Shown here: piece after piece, positions 36,857-46,132 of the stretch
Numbering within the stretch: position 1 is the first letter of the stretch
Layout of the letters: every line of letters begins with the position of its first letter
DNA from: an uncultured Actinomycetota bacterium
GTDB taxonomy: Bacteria; Actinomycetota; Actinomycetes; Propionibacteriales; Nocardioidaceae
Assembly: GCA_963728555.1 (NCBI GenBank)
Contig: CAVSKP010000005.1
Span: forward strand, 21,413-85,412
DNA: 64,000 nucleotides
Direction: 5' to 3'
Notes under the pieces: generated by a model
Seen by the model: the letters and a program-made list of their open reading frames with translations, nothing else
Database searches by the model: none
What the model was told of the DNA's origin: nothing
Made by a program: the position numbers and the translations under genes

Positions 36857-36915
36857 GGGTCGCGAGGCATCAGATCCTGCCGAGGTCACGACACCGAGGC
36901 ACGAAAGGAACTGAC

Positions 36916-38664
36916 GTGCGACTGAAGAGAGCAGCAGTGGTAGTAGCTACTGCCTCACTCCTCGCGCTCGCCGCCTGTGGCGGCAGTGGAGGGAGCGACG
37001 CCGATACGCCGACACCCACGCTCGGTGAAGGCGGGAACGCGGGTGCCGGCAAGGACCCCGACGCCCAGGGTCCCCTCACCGTGCCCGACGACGCCGCACA
37101 GGGCGGCACGGTCACCGTGCTCACTCTCCAGGTGCCGGCGACCCTCGACCCGACGCGGGCCTACTTCACCGACTCCACCGAGATCATGAACCTGGTGACG
37201 CGGGCGCTGACCCAGTACGCCTACGACCCGGAGTCCGGCGAGATGATCCTCATCCCGGACATGGCCACCGATCTCGGTCGTCCCAACGACGACAACACCG
37301 AGTGGACCTTCACGCTGAAGGACGGCCTCAAGTACGAGGACGGTACGGACGTGACAGCCGAGGACGTCGCCTACGCGATCTCGCGCTCGTTCGCGATCGA
37401 GGAGCTGCCCGACGGCCCGACGTACCAGCTGCAGTTCTTCAAGGACGGCGACAAGTACAAGGGCCCGTACAAGGACAAGAGCCCCTACAAGGGCGTCACC
37501 GTCGACGGCAAGGACATCACGATCCACATGTCCCGCCCGTTCCCGGAGATGGACTACTACGCCTCGTTCCCCGTGTTCACCGGTATCCCGAAGGACAAGG
37601 ACACCGCCGAGGAGTACGGCAACCACCCGCTGGCCACCGGTCCCTACATGTTCAAGGACTACAAGCCGGGCACCTCGCTCACGCTGGTCAAGAACCCCAA
37701 CTGGGACCCCGCCACCGACCCGGGCCGCATCCAGGCCGTCGACGAGTGGGACTTCAGGTTCGGTGAGGACACCGCCAAGCTGGAGAACACCATCCTCAGC
37801 GACAACGGCGAGGGCCAGACCACGGTCACCTACGACAACGTGACACCGCCGACGTACAAGCGCATCACGCAGGAGTCGCCGGACCGGCTGGTCACGGGAA
37901 CGTCGCCGTGCACGTACATGTGGTACCTGGACATGACCAAGATCACCGACATCAACGTGCGCAAGGCGATCGGCTACGCCTACCCGTACATCGACGCCTG
38001 GAAGGCCGCCGGCGAGGTCGTGGGCCTGACCCGCGTGCCTGGCACCAACATCCTGCCGCCCGGCACCGCCGGCCGCACGGAGTACGACGTGCTCGGCATC
38101 AAGGGCGAGAACACCGATCCGCAGAAGGCGCATGAGCTGCTGGAGCAGGCCAACGCGGTGGGTTACGAGATCAAGTTCTTCTACCAGACCGACGACCCGC
38201 TGTCGGTGGCCGGCAAGGACCAGGTCGTCAAGGCCCTCGAGGAGGCCGGCTTCACCGCCACGCCGATCGCGACCACGACGGAGAAGGTGCGCGAGGCGCG
38301 GACCGACCCCAACGCGCCGGTCAACGTGCGCTCCAGCGGTTGGTGCTCCGACTGGCCGACCGGTGGCTCGTGGTTCCCGGCCCAGTGGGACGGCGCGCTC
38401 GTCGGGCTCGCCGGCATGCCGAACCTGGCCAACTTCGACGAGCAGGAGGCCGACGACATGCAGGCGTCGATCCTCGACGGCTCGGCGGACAAGGCCGCGG
38501 CGGGCTGGAACGACCTCGACAAGCTGATCGAGGAGAAGTACTACCCGGCCGTCAACCTCGGCTACGCCGGCACCGCGATCATCCGGGGATCCAAGGTCGG
38601 CGGCATGTTCAACGACAACGTGCGTGGCATGCCGACCTTCCAGCTGATGTACCTCACCCAGTGA
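36916..38664 (+). CDS. Family 5 (OppA/DppA-like) substrate-binding lipoprotein, copy 1
   Basis: GAAAGG RBS, LAAC lipobox, PDMATDLG, WTFTLKDGLKYEDG, ATGPYM, LVKNPNWD. Confidence 0.92.
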   Translation: MRLKRAAVVVATASLLALAACGGSGGSDADTPTPTLGEGGNAGAGKDPDAQGPLTVPDDAAQGGTVTVLTLQVPATLDPTRAYFTDSTEIMNLVTRALTQYAYDPESGEMILIPDMATDLGRPNDDNTEWTFTLKDGLKYEDGTDVTAEDVAYAISRSFAIEELPDGPTYQLQFFKDGDKYKGPYKDKSPYKGVTVDGKDITIHMSRPFPEMDYYASFPVFTGIPKDKDTAEEYGNHPLATGPYMFKDYKPGTSLTLVKNPNWDPATDPGRIQAVDEWDFRFGEDTAKLENTILSDNGEGQTTVTYDNVTPPTYKRITQESPDRLVTGTSPCTYMWYLDMTKITDINVRKAIGYAYPYIDAWKAAGEVVGLTRVPGTNILPPGTAGRTEYDVLGIKGENTDPQKAHELLEQANAVGYEIKFFYQTDDPLSVAGKDQVVKALEEAGFTATPIATTTEKVREARTDPNAPVNVRSSGWCSDWPTGGSWFPAQWDGALVGLAGMPNLANFDEQEADDMQASILDGSADKAAAGWNDLDKLIEEKYYPAVNLGYAGTAIIRGSKVGGMFNDNVRGMPTFQLMYLTQ

Positions 38665-38714
38665 TGCACCCGGAGACGGTACGGGACCTCCGTCTCCTCA
38701 GGGTGAAGTAGTCA

Positions 38715-38815
38715 GACCCCTCCCGGGTGCCTTTCCACCCGGGAGGGGCGGGGGAGACGGAAACCCCCACCCAGGCCGCCCGAGTCGTTCAGTCCGACTC
38801 GGGCGGCCGATCATT
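38715..38815 (+). ncRNA. Candidate structured RNA / 3'UTR element, copy 1
   Basis: 13-bp stem with CCTTTC loop (38717-38748), short 5-bp stem, 14-bp stem with TTCAGTC loop (38774-38808); covaries with copy 2. Confidence 0.5.
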
Positions 38816-38992
38816 TCTGTTCAGGCCCTTCTCAGACGCCTCTCATCGGCTTCTCAGCAATCCGACGATAAGGTCACGAACGGGTCTCGATTGGGGAAAG
38901 CGAGTGTCTCGATTCGCCTGTGGGCATTGGCCTTCGAGGCCGTCGGGCGAATCCTTCCGGGCGACCCACACGTCGCAACGGAAGGAAGACAC

Positions 38993-40768
38993 GTGCATGT
39001 GAAGCGGCCATGGAGGCGTCCAGTACGCCAGTCGGCGATAGCGATCGTCGCTGTCGCCTCCCTCTTCGGGCTTGCCGCCTGTGGGGGGAGCGGAAGCGAC
39101 AACCCCTCAGAGCCCAGCCAGTCACTCGGCGCGGGAGGCGGCGCCGGCGCCGGCAAGAACCCCGACGCCCAGGGCCCGCTCGAGGTGCCCAGCGATGCCG
39201 CCTCGGGTGGCACCGTCACGGTGGACACCCAGCAGGTGCCGGCGACGTTCGACCCGACCCGGGCGTACTTCACCGACTCCACCGCGATCCTCAACCTGGT
39301 CACCCGGGCGCTGACGCAGTACGCGTACAACCCGGACACCAAGGACATGGAGCTCGTCCCGGACATGGCGACCGACCTCGGTCAGCACAACAAGGACATG
39401 ACCGAGTGGACCTTCACGCTGCGTGACGGCCTCAAGTACGAGGACGGCAGCCCGGTCAAGGCCGAGGACATCGCGTACGCCATCTCCCGGTCGTTCGCGA
39501 TCGAGGAGCTGCCCGACGGCCCGACGTACCAGCTGCAGTTCTTCAAGGACGGCGACACCTACAAGGGCCCGTTCAAGGACAAGAGCCCCTACAAGGGCGT
39601 CACCGTCGACGGCAACGCGATCACGATCCACATGTCCCGGCCGTTCCCGGACATGGACTACTACGCCTCGTTCCCGGTCTTCACCGGCATCCCGAAGGCG
39701 AAGGACACCAAGGAGGAGTACGGCAACCACCCGCTCGCCACGGGTCCCTACATGTTCAAGGACTACAAGCCGGGCACCTCGCTCACGCTGGTCAAGAACC
39801 CCAACTGGGACCCCGCCACCGACCCCGGACGCATCCAGTCGGTCGACGAGTGGGACTTCAACTTCGGTGAGGACACCGCGAAGACCGAGAACACGATCCT
39901 CAGCGACACCGGTGACGGTCAGACGACGCTTTCCTACGACAACATCACGCCGCCGACGTACAAGAAGATCGAGGCCGACTCTCCGGACCGGCTGGTCACG
40001 GGAACGTCGCCGTGTACCTACATGTGGTACCTCGACATGACCAAGATCACCGACATCAACGTGCGCAAGGCGATCGGCTACGCCTACCCGTACGTCGACG
40101 CCTGGAAGGCCGCCGGGGAGATCGTCGGGCTGACCCGCGTGCCCGGCACCGCCATCCTGCCGCCCGGCACCGCCGGACGCGTGGACTACGACGTCCTGGG
40201 CATCGGTGGCCAGAACACCGACCCGGCGAAGTCGAAGGAGCTGCTCCAGCAGGCCAATGCCATGGGGTATGAGATCAAGTTCCTGTACGCGACCGACGAC
40301 CCGCTGTCGGTGGCCGGCAAGGACCAGATCGTCAAGGGCCTCGAGGCGGGTGGCTTCAAGGCCACGCCGATCGCCTCCACGACGGACAAGATCCGAGAGG
40401 CGCGGACCGACCCGAACAGCCCGATCAACGTCCGCTCCAGCGGATGGTGCTCGGACTGGCCGTCCGGTGGCTCGTGGTTCCCGGCCCAGTGGGACGGCTC
40501 GCTCGTCGGCCTGTCCGGCATGCCCAACCTGGCCAACTTCAAGGAAGCCGACGCCGACCAGATGCAGAAGGACATCCTGGACGGCAAGAAGGGCGACCCC
40601 ACGAAGGCCTGGGGCGACTTCGACAAGTTCATGGAGGAGACCTACTACCCCGCCGTGAACACCGGCTACGCCGGTACCGCCATCATCCGCGGTTCGAAGA
40701 TCGGTGGCATGTTCAACGACAACGTCCGCGGCATGCCCACGTTCGAGACGATGTACGTGACCCAGTAG
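38993..40768 (+). CDS. Family 5 (OppA/DppA-like) substrate-binding lipoprotein, copy 2
   Basis: Close paralog of 36916-38664 with long identical peptide blocks; LAAC lipobox. Confidence 0.92.
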   Translation: MHVKRPWRRPVRQSAIAIVAVASLFGLAACGGSGSDNPSEPSQSLGAGGGAGAGKNPDAQGPLEVPSDAASGGTVTVDTQQVPATFDPTRAYFTDSTAILNLVTRALTQYAYNPDTKDMELVPDMATDLGQHNKDMTEWTFTLRDGLKYEDGSPVKAEDIAYAISRSFAIEELPDGPTYQLQFFKDGDTYKGPFKDKSPYKGVTVDGNAITIHMSRPFPDMDYYASFPVFTGIPKAKDTKEEYGNHPLATGPYMFKDYKPGTSLTLVKNPNWDPATDPGRIQSVDEWDFNFGEDTAKTENTILSDTGDGQTTLSYDNITPPTYKKIEADSPDRLVTGTSPCTYMWYLDMTKITDINVRKAIGYAYPYVDAWKAAGEIVGLTRVPGTAILPPGTAGRVDYDVLGIGGQNTDPAKSKELLQQANAMGYEIKFLYATDDPLSVAGKDQIVKGLEAGGFKATPIASTTDKIREARTDPNSPINVRSSGWCSDWPSGGSWFPAQWDGSLVGLSGMPNLANFKEADADQMQKDILDGKKGDPTKAWGDFDKFMEETYYPAVNTGYAGTAIIRGSKIGGMFNDNVRGMPTFETMYVTQ

Positions 40769-40809
40769 TCACTCGGCAAACCGAGGGGCACACAGAGAAC
40801 ACAGAAGGA

Positions 40810-40920
40810 CGACCCTTCCCGGCGCCTTTCCGCCGGGGAGGGTGGGTCTGGCGCCAGCCAACGTCCCGACCCAACAGGACCGCCCGAGCCGTTCAGTCCG
40901 GCTCGGGCGGTCGCGTCATT
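40810..40920 (+). ncRNA. Candidate structured RNA / 3'UTR element, copy 2
   Basis: Stem 40812-40843 with CCTTTC loop, GGGTC/GACCC stem, stem 40878-40912 with TTCAGTC loop. Confidence 0.5.
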
Positions 40921-41004
40921 GTGCAGGAAGGTAGCCTCCGGCGGCGCCGGGCGCGAACCGATCGACGCGCGGTCGTGACCTTTCTGTGTCCGTAGGGTGA
41001 CCCT

Positions 41005-42192
41005 GTGTTCGAGCCTCACGTCGACCTGGTCGTGGCGGGTGGGCACTCCTTCGAGGCTCCGGAGCCGGTCGACGTGGTCATCGAGGCCGGGGTCGTCTCG
41101 GCCGTCGTGCCCGCCGGTACGGCGCCCGCGGCGGACGCGACGGTGGCTGCGGCAGGGTCGCTCGTGCTGCCCGCTTTCACCGAGGCGCACTGCCATCTCG
41201 ACAAGACCCTGTTCGGGCGGCCCTGGGTCTCGCACCTGGCCGGCGACGACCTGGCGTCCCGGATCGCCCACGACCGGGACCGCCGTACGGCGCTCGGGAT
41301 CCCGGATCCTGTGGCGATGCGAGCGCTGGTCGACGCGATGGTGTCCTTCGGGACGACGACGATCCGGACCCACACCGACGTCGACCCGGACGTCGGGCTG
41401 CGCGGGGTCGAGACGGTGCGCGACCTGGCGATCGCCGTCGCCGACCGGGTCGACGTGCAGCAGGTGGCGTTCCCCCAGCACGGGCTGATGTCCCTGCCCG
41501 GCACCGCCGCGCTGCTCGACGAGGCGATGACCTCCGGGGCGTCCGCGGTCGGCGGCCTGGACCCGGGCGCAGAGGGTGACGCAGCGTCGTACCTCGACGT
41601 GCTGTTCGGCATCGCCGAGAAGCACGGCGCCGGCGTCGACCTGCACCTGCACACCCACGCACCGGCCGGCCTCGACGAGCTGTTCCTGCTCGCCGACCGG
41701 ACCGTCTCGCTCGGGATGCAAGGGCTCGTGGTGGCCAGTCACTGCTATGCGTTCGGCGACCTGACCGACGACGAGTCGAGGCGGCTCGCCGACCGGCTGG
41801 CCGAGGCCGGTGTCGGCGTGGTGACCGCGGCGCCGTACAGCTTCCCGGTGCCACCGCTGCGGGTGCTCTCCGAGGCCGGCGTGGTCACCGGCATCGGCCA
41901 CGACGGCATCCGGGACCTCTGGGGCCCGTACGGCACCGGCGACCTCCTCGAGCGCGCCCGCCACGTGGCGTACCGCAGCGGCTTCCGTCGCGACGAGGAC
42001 ATCGCCCTGGTGCTCGCCGCCGCGACCGTCGGCGGCCGGTCCCTGCTCGGCCGCGTCCCCCACGGGCCCACCGTCGGCGCCGCCGCCGACCTGGTGGTCC
42101 TGCCCGCCTCGAACGCCGCCGAAGCCGTGGTCCTGGTACCGCCCCGAACCGCCGTGGTGCGTGCCGGCCGGGTGTCCGGCGCGAGCTCCTAG
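41005..42192 (+). CDS. Metal-dependent amidohydrolase (cytosine/creatinine deaminase-like)
   Basis: EAHCHLDK, GTTTIRTH, DLHLH, SHCYA, GHDGIRDLWGPYG. Confidence 0.88.
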   Translation: MFEPHVDLVVAGGHSFEAPEPVDVVIEAGVVSAVVPAGTAPAADATVAAAGSLVLPAFTEAHCHLDKTLFGRPWVSHLAGDDLASRIAHDRDRRTALGIPDPVAMRALVDAMVSFGTTTIRTHTDVDPDVGLRGVETVRDLAIAVADRVDVQQVAFPQHGLMSLPGTAALLDEAMTSGASAVGGLDPGAEGDAASYLDVLFGIAEKHGAGVDLHLHTHAPAGLDELFLLADRTVSLGMQGLVVASHCYAFGDLTDDESRRLADRLAEAGVGVVTAAPYSFPVPPLRVLSEAGVVTGIGHDGIRDLWGPYGTGDLLERARHVAYRSGFRRDEDIALVLAAATVGGRSLLGRVPHGPTVGAAADLVVLPASNAAEAVVLVPPRTAVVRAGRVSGASS

Positions 42193-42641
42193 GCCGGGTC
42201 GGTCCGGAGCCGGCGCATGCGCTGGCGGCGCAACGTGGCGGGCAGCGTCAACACGACCCCGACCGCGATGCCGATCAGCGCGCCCACGGTGTTGGCGGCG
42301 ATGTCGCGCTCGTCGGGCACCCGGCCGGGGATCGACCGCTGGACCGTCTCGATCGCCGAGGTCATCGCGAATGCCGCGGCCGCCGCGACCCACCAGAAGC
42401 GGGTACTGACCAGCAACAGCAGGAACAGCCCGACGGGCACGAAGAGGGCGACGTTCGCCAGCTGCTCGGCGCGGTCGTCGGTGAGCCACGAGAGCTCGTC
42501 GTACCCCTGCAACCTCGCCAGCACGCGCCGCACCAGCTCGCTCGACGTGGGCGCCGCGGAGCCGGGCGTCAGCGTCACCCAGGCGACGAAGCCCAGGTAG
42601 GCGAGCGTCACGAGGCTCAGGAGCGGGTGGCGGTGCAGCAT
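42189..42641 (-). CDS. VanZ family membrane protein
   Basis: EQLANVALFVPVG, IETVQRSIPGR, DIAANTVG; own ATG at 42641. Confidence 0.88.
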   Translation of the reverse strand: MLHRHPLLSLVTLAYLGFVAWVTLTPGSAAPTSSELVRRVLARLQGYDELSWLTDDRAEQLANVALFVPVGLFLLLLVSTRFWWVAAAAAFAMTSAIETVQRSIPGRVPDERDIAANTVGALIGIAVGVVLTLPATLRRQRMRRLRTDPA

Positions 42642-42687
42642 CCGACCAGTGTGGCCAGGCGACCCAAGCCGGCGGCCGATGAGTCGG

Positions 42688-43937
42688 TCAGACGGTGGCC
42701 TCGTGCCGGGCTCGGCCGCGGCCGGCTCGGCCGCGACGACGTCCTCGGACTTCATCGACGGGCGGGCGTCGTCGGCGCGACCGAGGCCGGCGTACGCGCG
42801 CCCCATCCGGCTGACGAACTGGTACACGCCGTCCTCCTCGGGGGCCAGCGGTCCCGGGATCGCGTGCGGGCTGGTGAGCCCTCGCTGGACCGACTCGCAG
42901 GCGGCCCAGTCCTGGCGGTTGGTGAGGTCCCAGAAGTCCACGGCGTAGGACGGGTCGAAGCCTTCGCGCTCCGCCACATGGCGCGGGAAGGCCCACGAGC
43001 ACTCGACGAACGTGCGGTCGGCGGCGATCGGCCGCATCGTGTGGGTCATCACGTAGTCGGGGTGCAGGCTGATGAGCAGGTTGGGGAACGCGATGAGGTA
43101 CATCACCGTGCGCATCTCGACCTCGTTGAGACCCTCGATCGCGACACCGCCGCTGCGTCCGTCGAGCGACATGGTGTCGGCGTCCGGGACGAGATCCATC
43201 CAGCCGCCCATCCACTCGCCGACCGGCTCGAGGTTCTCCCCGCTCTGCGGCGGACTGACCCGGCACAGCTCGGGGTGGATGGAGGAGCAGTGGTAACACT
43301 CCTGGTAGTTCTCGGCGATGATCTTCCAGTTCGTCGCGAGCTCGTAGGAGTGAGACGCGACGGTGACCAGGTCCTCGGGCCGGTAGTTGGCGACGATCGC
43401 GTCGAGGTCGCCGGCGTGCTCATCGAACGACCCGGCCTCGTTGCTGGGGTCGACGAAGACCCAGCCGTGCCACTCCACGACGTTGAGCTCGGCCAGCCCG
43501 AACTGCGACTTGTCGAAGTCCTCCAGGTCGCGGAAGCCGCCGGGGGCGTTGCGGAGCGAGCCATCGAGCTTGTAGTTCCAGGCGTGGTACGGGCAGACGA
43601 TCGAGCGCTTCTGGACCGTCACGCCGCAGGGCACGAGCTCATGGCCACGGTGCCGGCAGACGTTCGCGAACGCCCGCAGCACGCCGTCCTCGCCGCGCAC
43701 CAGCAGCACGCCGCCGGCCCCGGTCTCGACGGAGGTCTGGGCACCCAGCTCGGCGAACTTCTCGCCGCGGCCCAGGCACATCCAGCCGGAGAAGATGTTG
43801 GCCTGCTCCCAGTCGTAGACCGCGGGATCGACGTACGCCCGCCGCGGCAGCATCCGCGAGGAGCCGAACGGCGCGTACGCCGCCGCCACGTCGCCCGCCG
43901 GGAGGGGAGCCGTCATGCCACGCAGTTGATTGAACAT
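42688..43937 (-). CDS. Rieske non-heme iron oxygenase, alpha subunit (GbcA/choline monooxygenase/stachydrine demethylase-like); 3' end uncertain
   Basis: NVCRHRG...CPYHAW Rieske motif; NWKIIAENYQECYHCSSIHP iron site; QDWAACE; runs in-frame into vanZ, probable true stop TGA 42688 via a 1-nt slip near 42705. Confidence 0.88.
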
Positions 43938-43947
43938 ACAGTCAATC
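43928..43947. promoter_or_regulatory. TetR (BetI-like) operator 1
   Basis: GATTGAACATACAGTCAATC. Confidence 0.75.
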
Positions 43948-44116
43948 CTAGGTCTCGCGGGTGAGTGTCGTCCAGCGTCCATCATTCCCGATGCACGGTA
44001 CTGACTCCAGAGTCAGTCTCGATCCTCGGCGGGTCTTCGACCGGTCAACGTCGGGCCACCACCAGTATCCTCGGGTCGCCCTGCTTTGAGCGCCTGATCC
44101 GATGACAGGAGCCACC

Positions 44117-45271
44117 GTGGAATTCGCCTTGACCGACGAGCAGCGCAGCATCGTCGAGGTGACCCGCACCTTCGTCGAGCGGGAGCTCTTCCCGCACGAG
44201 GAGGAGGTCGAGCGAACCGGGAAGGCACGCCCCGAGCTGATCGCCCGGATCCGCGCCAAGGCGATCGAAGCCGGGCTGTATGCCGCCAACATGCCCGAGG
44301 AGGTCGGCGGGGCGGGGCTGGACGCGGTGACGCTGGTGCTCTTCGAGAAGGAGCTGGGCAAGGCGAGCTACGCGCTGCACTACACCGGCGTCGCACGCCC
44401 CTCGAACATCCTGATGGCCGGTACGCCGGCGCAGCGCGAGCGGTACCTGCTGCCGTGCGTGCGAGGTGAGCGCACCGACTGCCTCGCCATGACCGAGCCG
44501 GGAGCCGGCTCGGACATGCGGGCCATCCGCACCCGCGCCGTACGAGACGGCGACGGGTGGACCATCCGCGGTACCAAGCACTTCATCAGCCACGCCGACG
44601 AGGCGGACTTCGTGATCCTGCTCGCCCGGACGGGGGCCGACGACGCAGGTCGGCCCGCGATGTCGACGTTCCTCGTCGACCTGGACACCCCGGGGCTGCA
44701 CGTGCACGACGGGTACCGCAACGTGTCACACCGCGGGTACACCAACTCGATCCTGGACTTCGACGACGTCCGCCTGCCCGGCGACGCCCTGCTGGGAGAG
44801 GAGGACAAAGGGCTGGAGCTGGCGGGCGAGTGGCTCGGGTCGACCCGGCTGTCGGTCGCCGCGACCTGCCTCGGGCGCGCGGAGCGAGCCCTCGGCCTGT
44901 CGACGGAGCACGCGGCGCACCGGGAGCAGTTCGGTCAGCCCATCGGCAAGTTCCAGGGGGTCGGCTTCAAGCTCGCCGACATGGCCACCGAGCTGCGGGC
45001 CGCCGAGCTGACGACGCTGTACGCCGCGTGGAAGCGGGACCAGGGCACGGCCGCCGACGCGGACATCGCGATGGCCAAGCTGAAGGCCACCGAGATGCTC
45101 GCCATGGTCGCCGACGAGGCCATCCAGATCCACGGGGGCATGGGCCTGATGGACGAGCTCCCGCTCGAGCGGATCTGGAGGGACGCGCGGATAGAGCGGA
45201 TCTGGGACGGCACGTCGGAGATCCAGAGGCACATCATCTCCCGGTCGCTGCTGCGGCCGCTGGGGGGTTGA
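44117..45271 (+). CDS. Acyl-CoA dehydrogenase (gamma-butyrobetainyl-CoA dehydrogenase-like)
   Basis: AMTEPGAGSD, GTKHFIS, REQFGQPIGKFQG, RIWDGTSEIQRHII; adjacent to caiD; AGGAG RBS before GTG 44117. Confidence 0.88.
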   Translation: MEFALTDEQRSIVEVTRTFVERELFPHEEEVERTGKARPELIARIRAKAIEAGLYAANMPEEVGGAGLDAVTLVLFEKELGKASYALHYTGVARPSNILMAGTPAQRERYLLPCVRGERTDCLAMTEPGAGSDMRAIRTRAVRDGDGWTIRGTKHFISHADEADFVILLARTGADDAGRPAMSTFLVDLDTPGLHVHDGYRNVSHRGYTNSILDFDDVRLPGDALLGEEDKGLELAGEWLGSTRLSVAATCLGRAERALGLSTEHAAHREQFGQPIGKFQGVGFKLADMATELRAAELTTLYAAWKRDQGTAADADIAMAKLKATEMLAMVADEAIQIHGGMGLMDELPLERIWRDARIERIWDGTSEIQRHIISRSLLRPLGG

Positions 45272-45274
45272 ACC

Positions 45275-46066
45275 ATGGAGAACGCCGAGGTGCTCCACCT
45301 CCGCCGCGAGGACGGCGTACTCGAGGTCACCCTCGACCGACCCAAGGCCAACGCCATCGACCTGGCCACCAGCCGTGCGATGGGCCAGGTGTTCGCGGAC
45401 TTCCGTGACGACCCCGAGCTACGGGTCGCCATCGTGCGGACCGCCGGCGACAAGTTCTTCTGCGCCGGCTGGGACCTCAAGGCCGCGGCCGCGGGCGACG
45501 CCGTCGACGGCGACTACGGCGTCGGCGGCTTCGGCGGCCTCCAGGAGCTCCCGGAGCTCAACAAGCCCGTCATCGCGGCCGTCCACGGCCTGGCGATGGG
45601 CGGCGGCTTCGAGCTGGCGCTCTCCTGCGACCTGATCTACGCCTCGGAGAGCACGCAGTTCGGGCTGCCCGAGATCAACGCGGGGACCCTCGCCGACGCC
45701 GCGTCGGTGAAGCTGCCGAAGCGGATGCCCTTCCACGTCGCCATGGACCTCCTCCTCACCGGACGCTGGATGAGCGCCACCGAAGCCGCGCGCTGGGGCC
45801 TGGTCAACGAGGTCCTCCCGAACGACGACGCCGTGCGCGCCCGCGCCTGGGAGACCGCCCGCCTGCTCGCCGCCGGCCCTCCGCTCGTCTTCGCCGCCAT
45901 CAAGGAGGTGACCCGGGTCGCCGCGTCGCTGACGTTCCAGGAGGCCATGGACCTGATCACGAGCAGCCGGCTCCGGACCGTCGCCACCCTGTACACCTCG
46001 GAGGACGAGAAGGAGGGGGCCAGGGCCTTCGCCGAGAAGCGCCCGCCCGTCTGGAAGGGCCGCTGA
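45275..46066 (+). CDS. caiD: Carnitinyl-CoA dehydratase-like crotonase
   Basis: LEVTLDRPKANAID, FRDDPELRVAI, KFFCAGWDLKAAA, FAEKRPPVWKGR closely follow the CaiD sequence as I recall it. Confidence 0.8.
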   Translation: MENAEVLHLRREDGVLEVTLDRPKANAIDLATSRAMGQVFADFRDDPELRVAIVRTAGDKFFCAGWDLKAAAAGDAVDGDYGVGGFGGLQELPELNKPVIAAVHGLAMGGGFELALSCDLIYASESTQFGLPEINAGTLADAASVKLPKRMPFHVAMDLLLTGRWMSATEAARWGLVNEVLPNDDAVRARAWETARLLAAGPPLVFAAIKEVTRVAASLTFQEAMDLITSSRLRTVATLYTSEDEKEGARAFAEKRPPVWKGR

Positions 46067-46132
46067 CGATGGACGGTCGACGTGGAGACGCGTCCTGGAG
46101 CAGCAAGCACAGGCGGAGGCGGCCCGAGCCGC

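Noticed and set aside
38788-40898. TTCAGTC hairpin loops as extra copies of the TetR operator
   Set aside because: Only a 7-nt overlap with the operator right half; no TGAAC left half or CAAWC end
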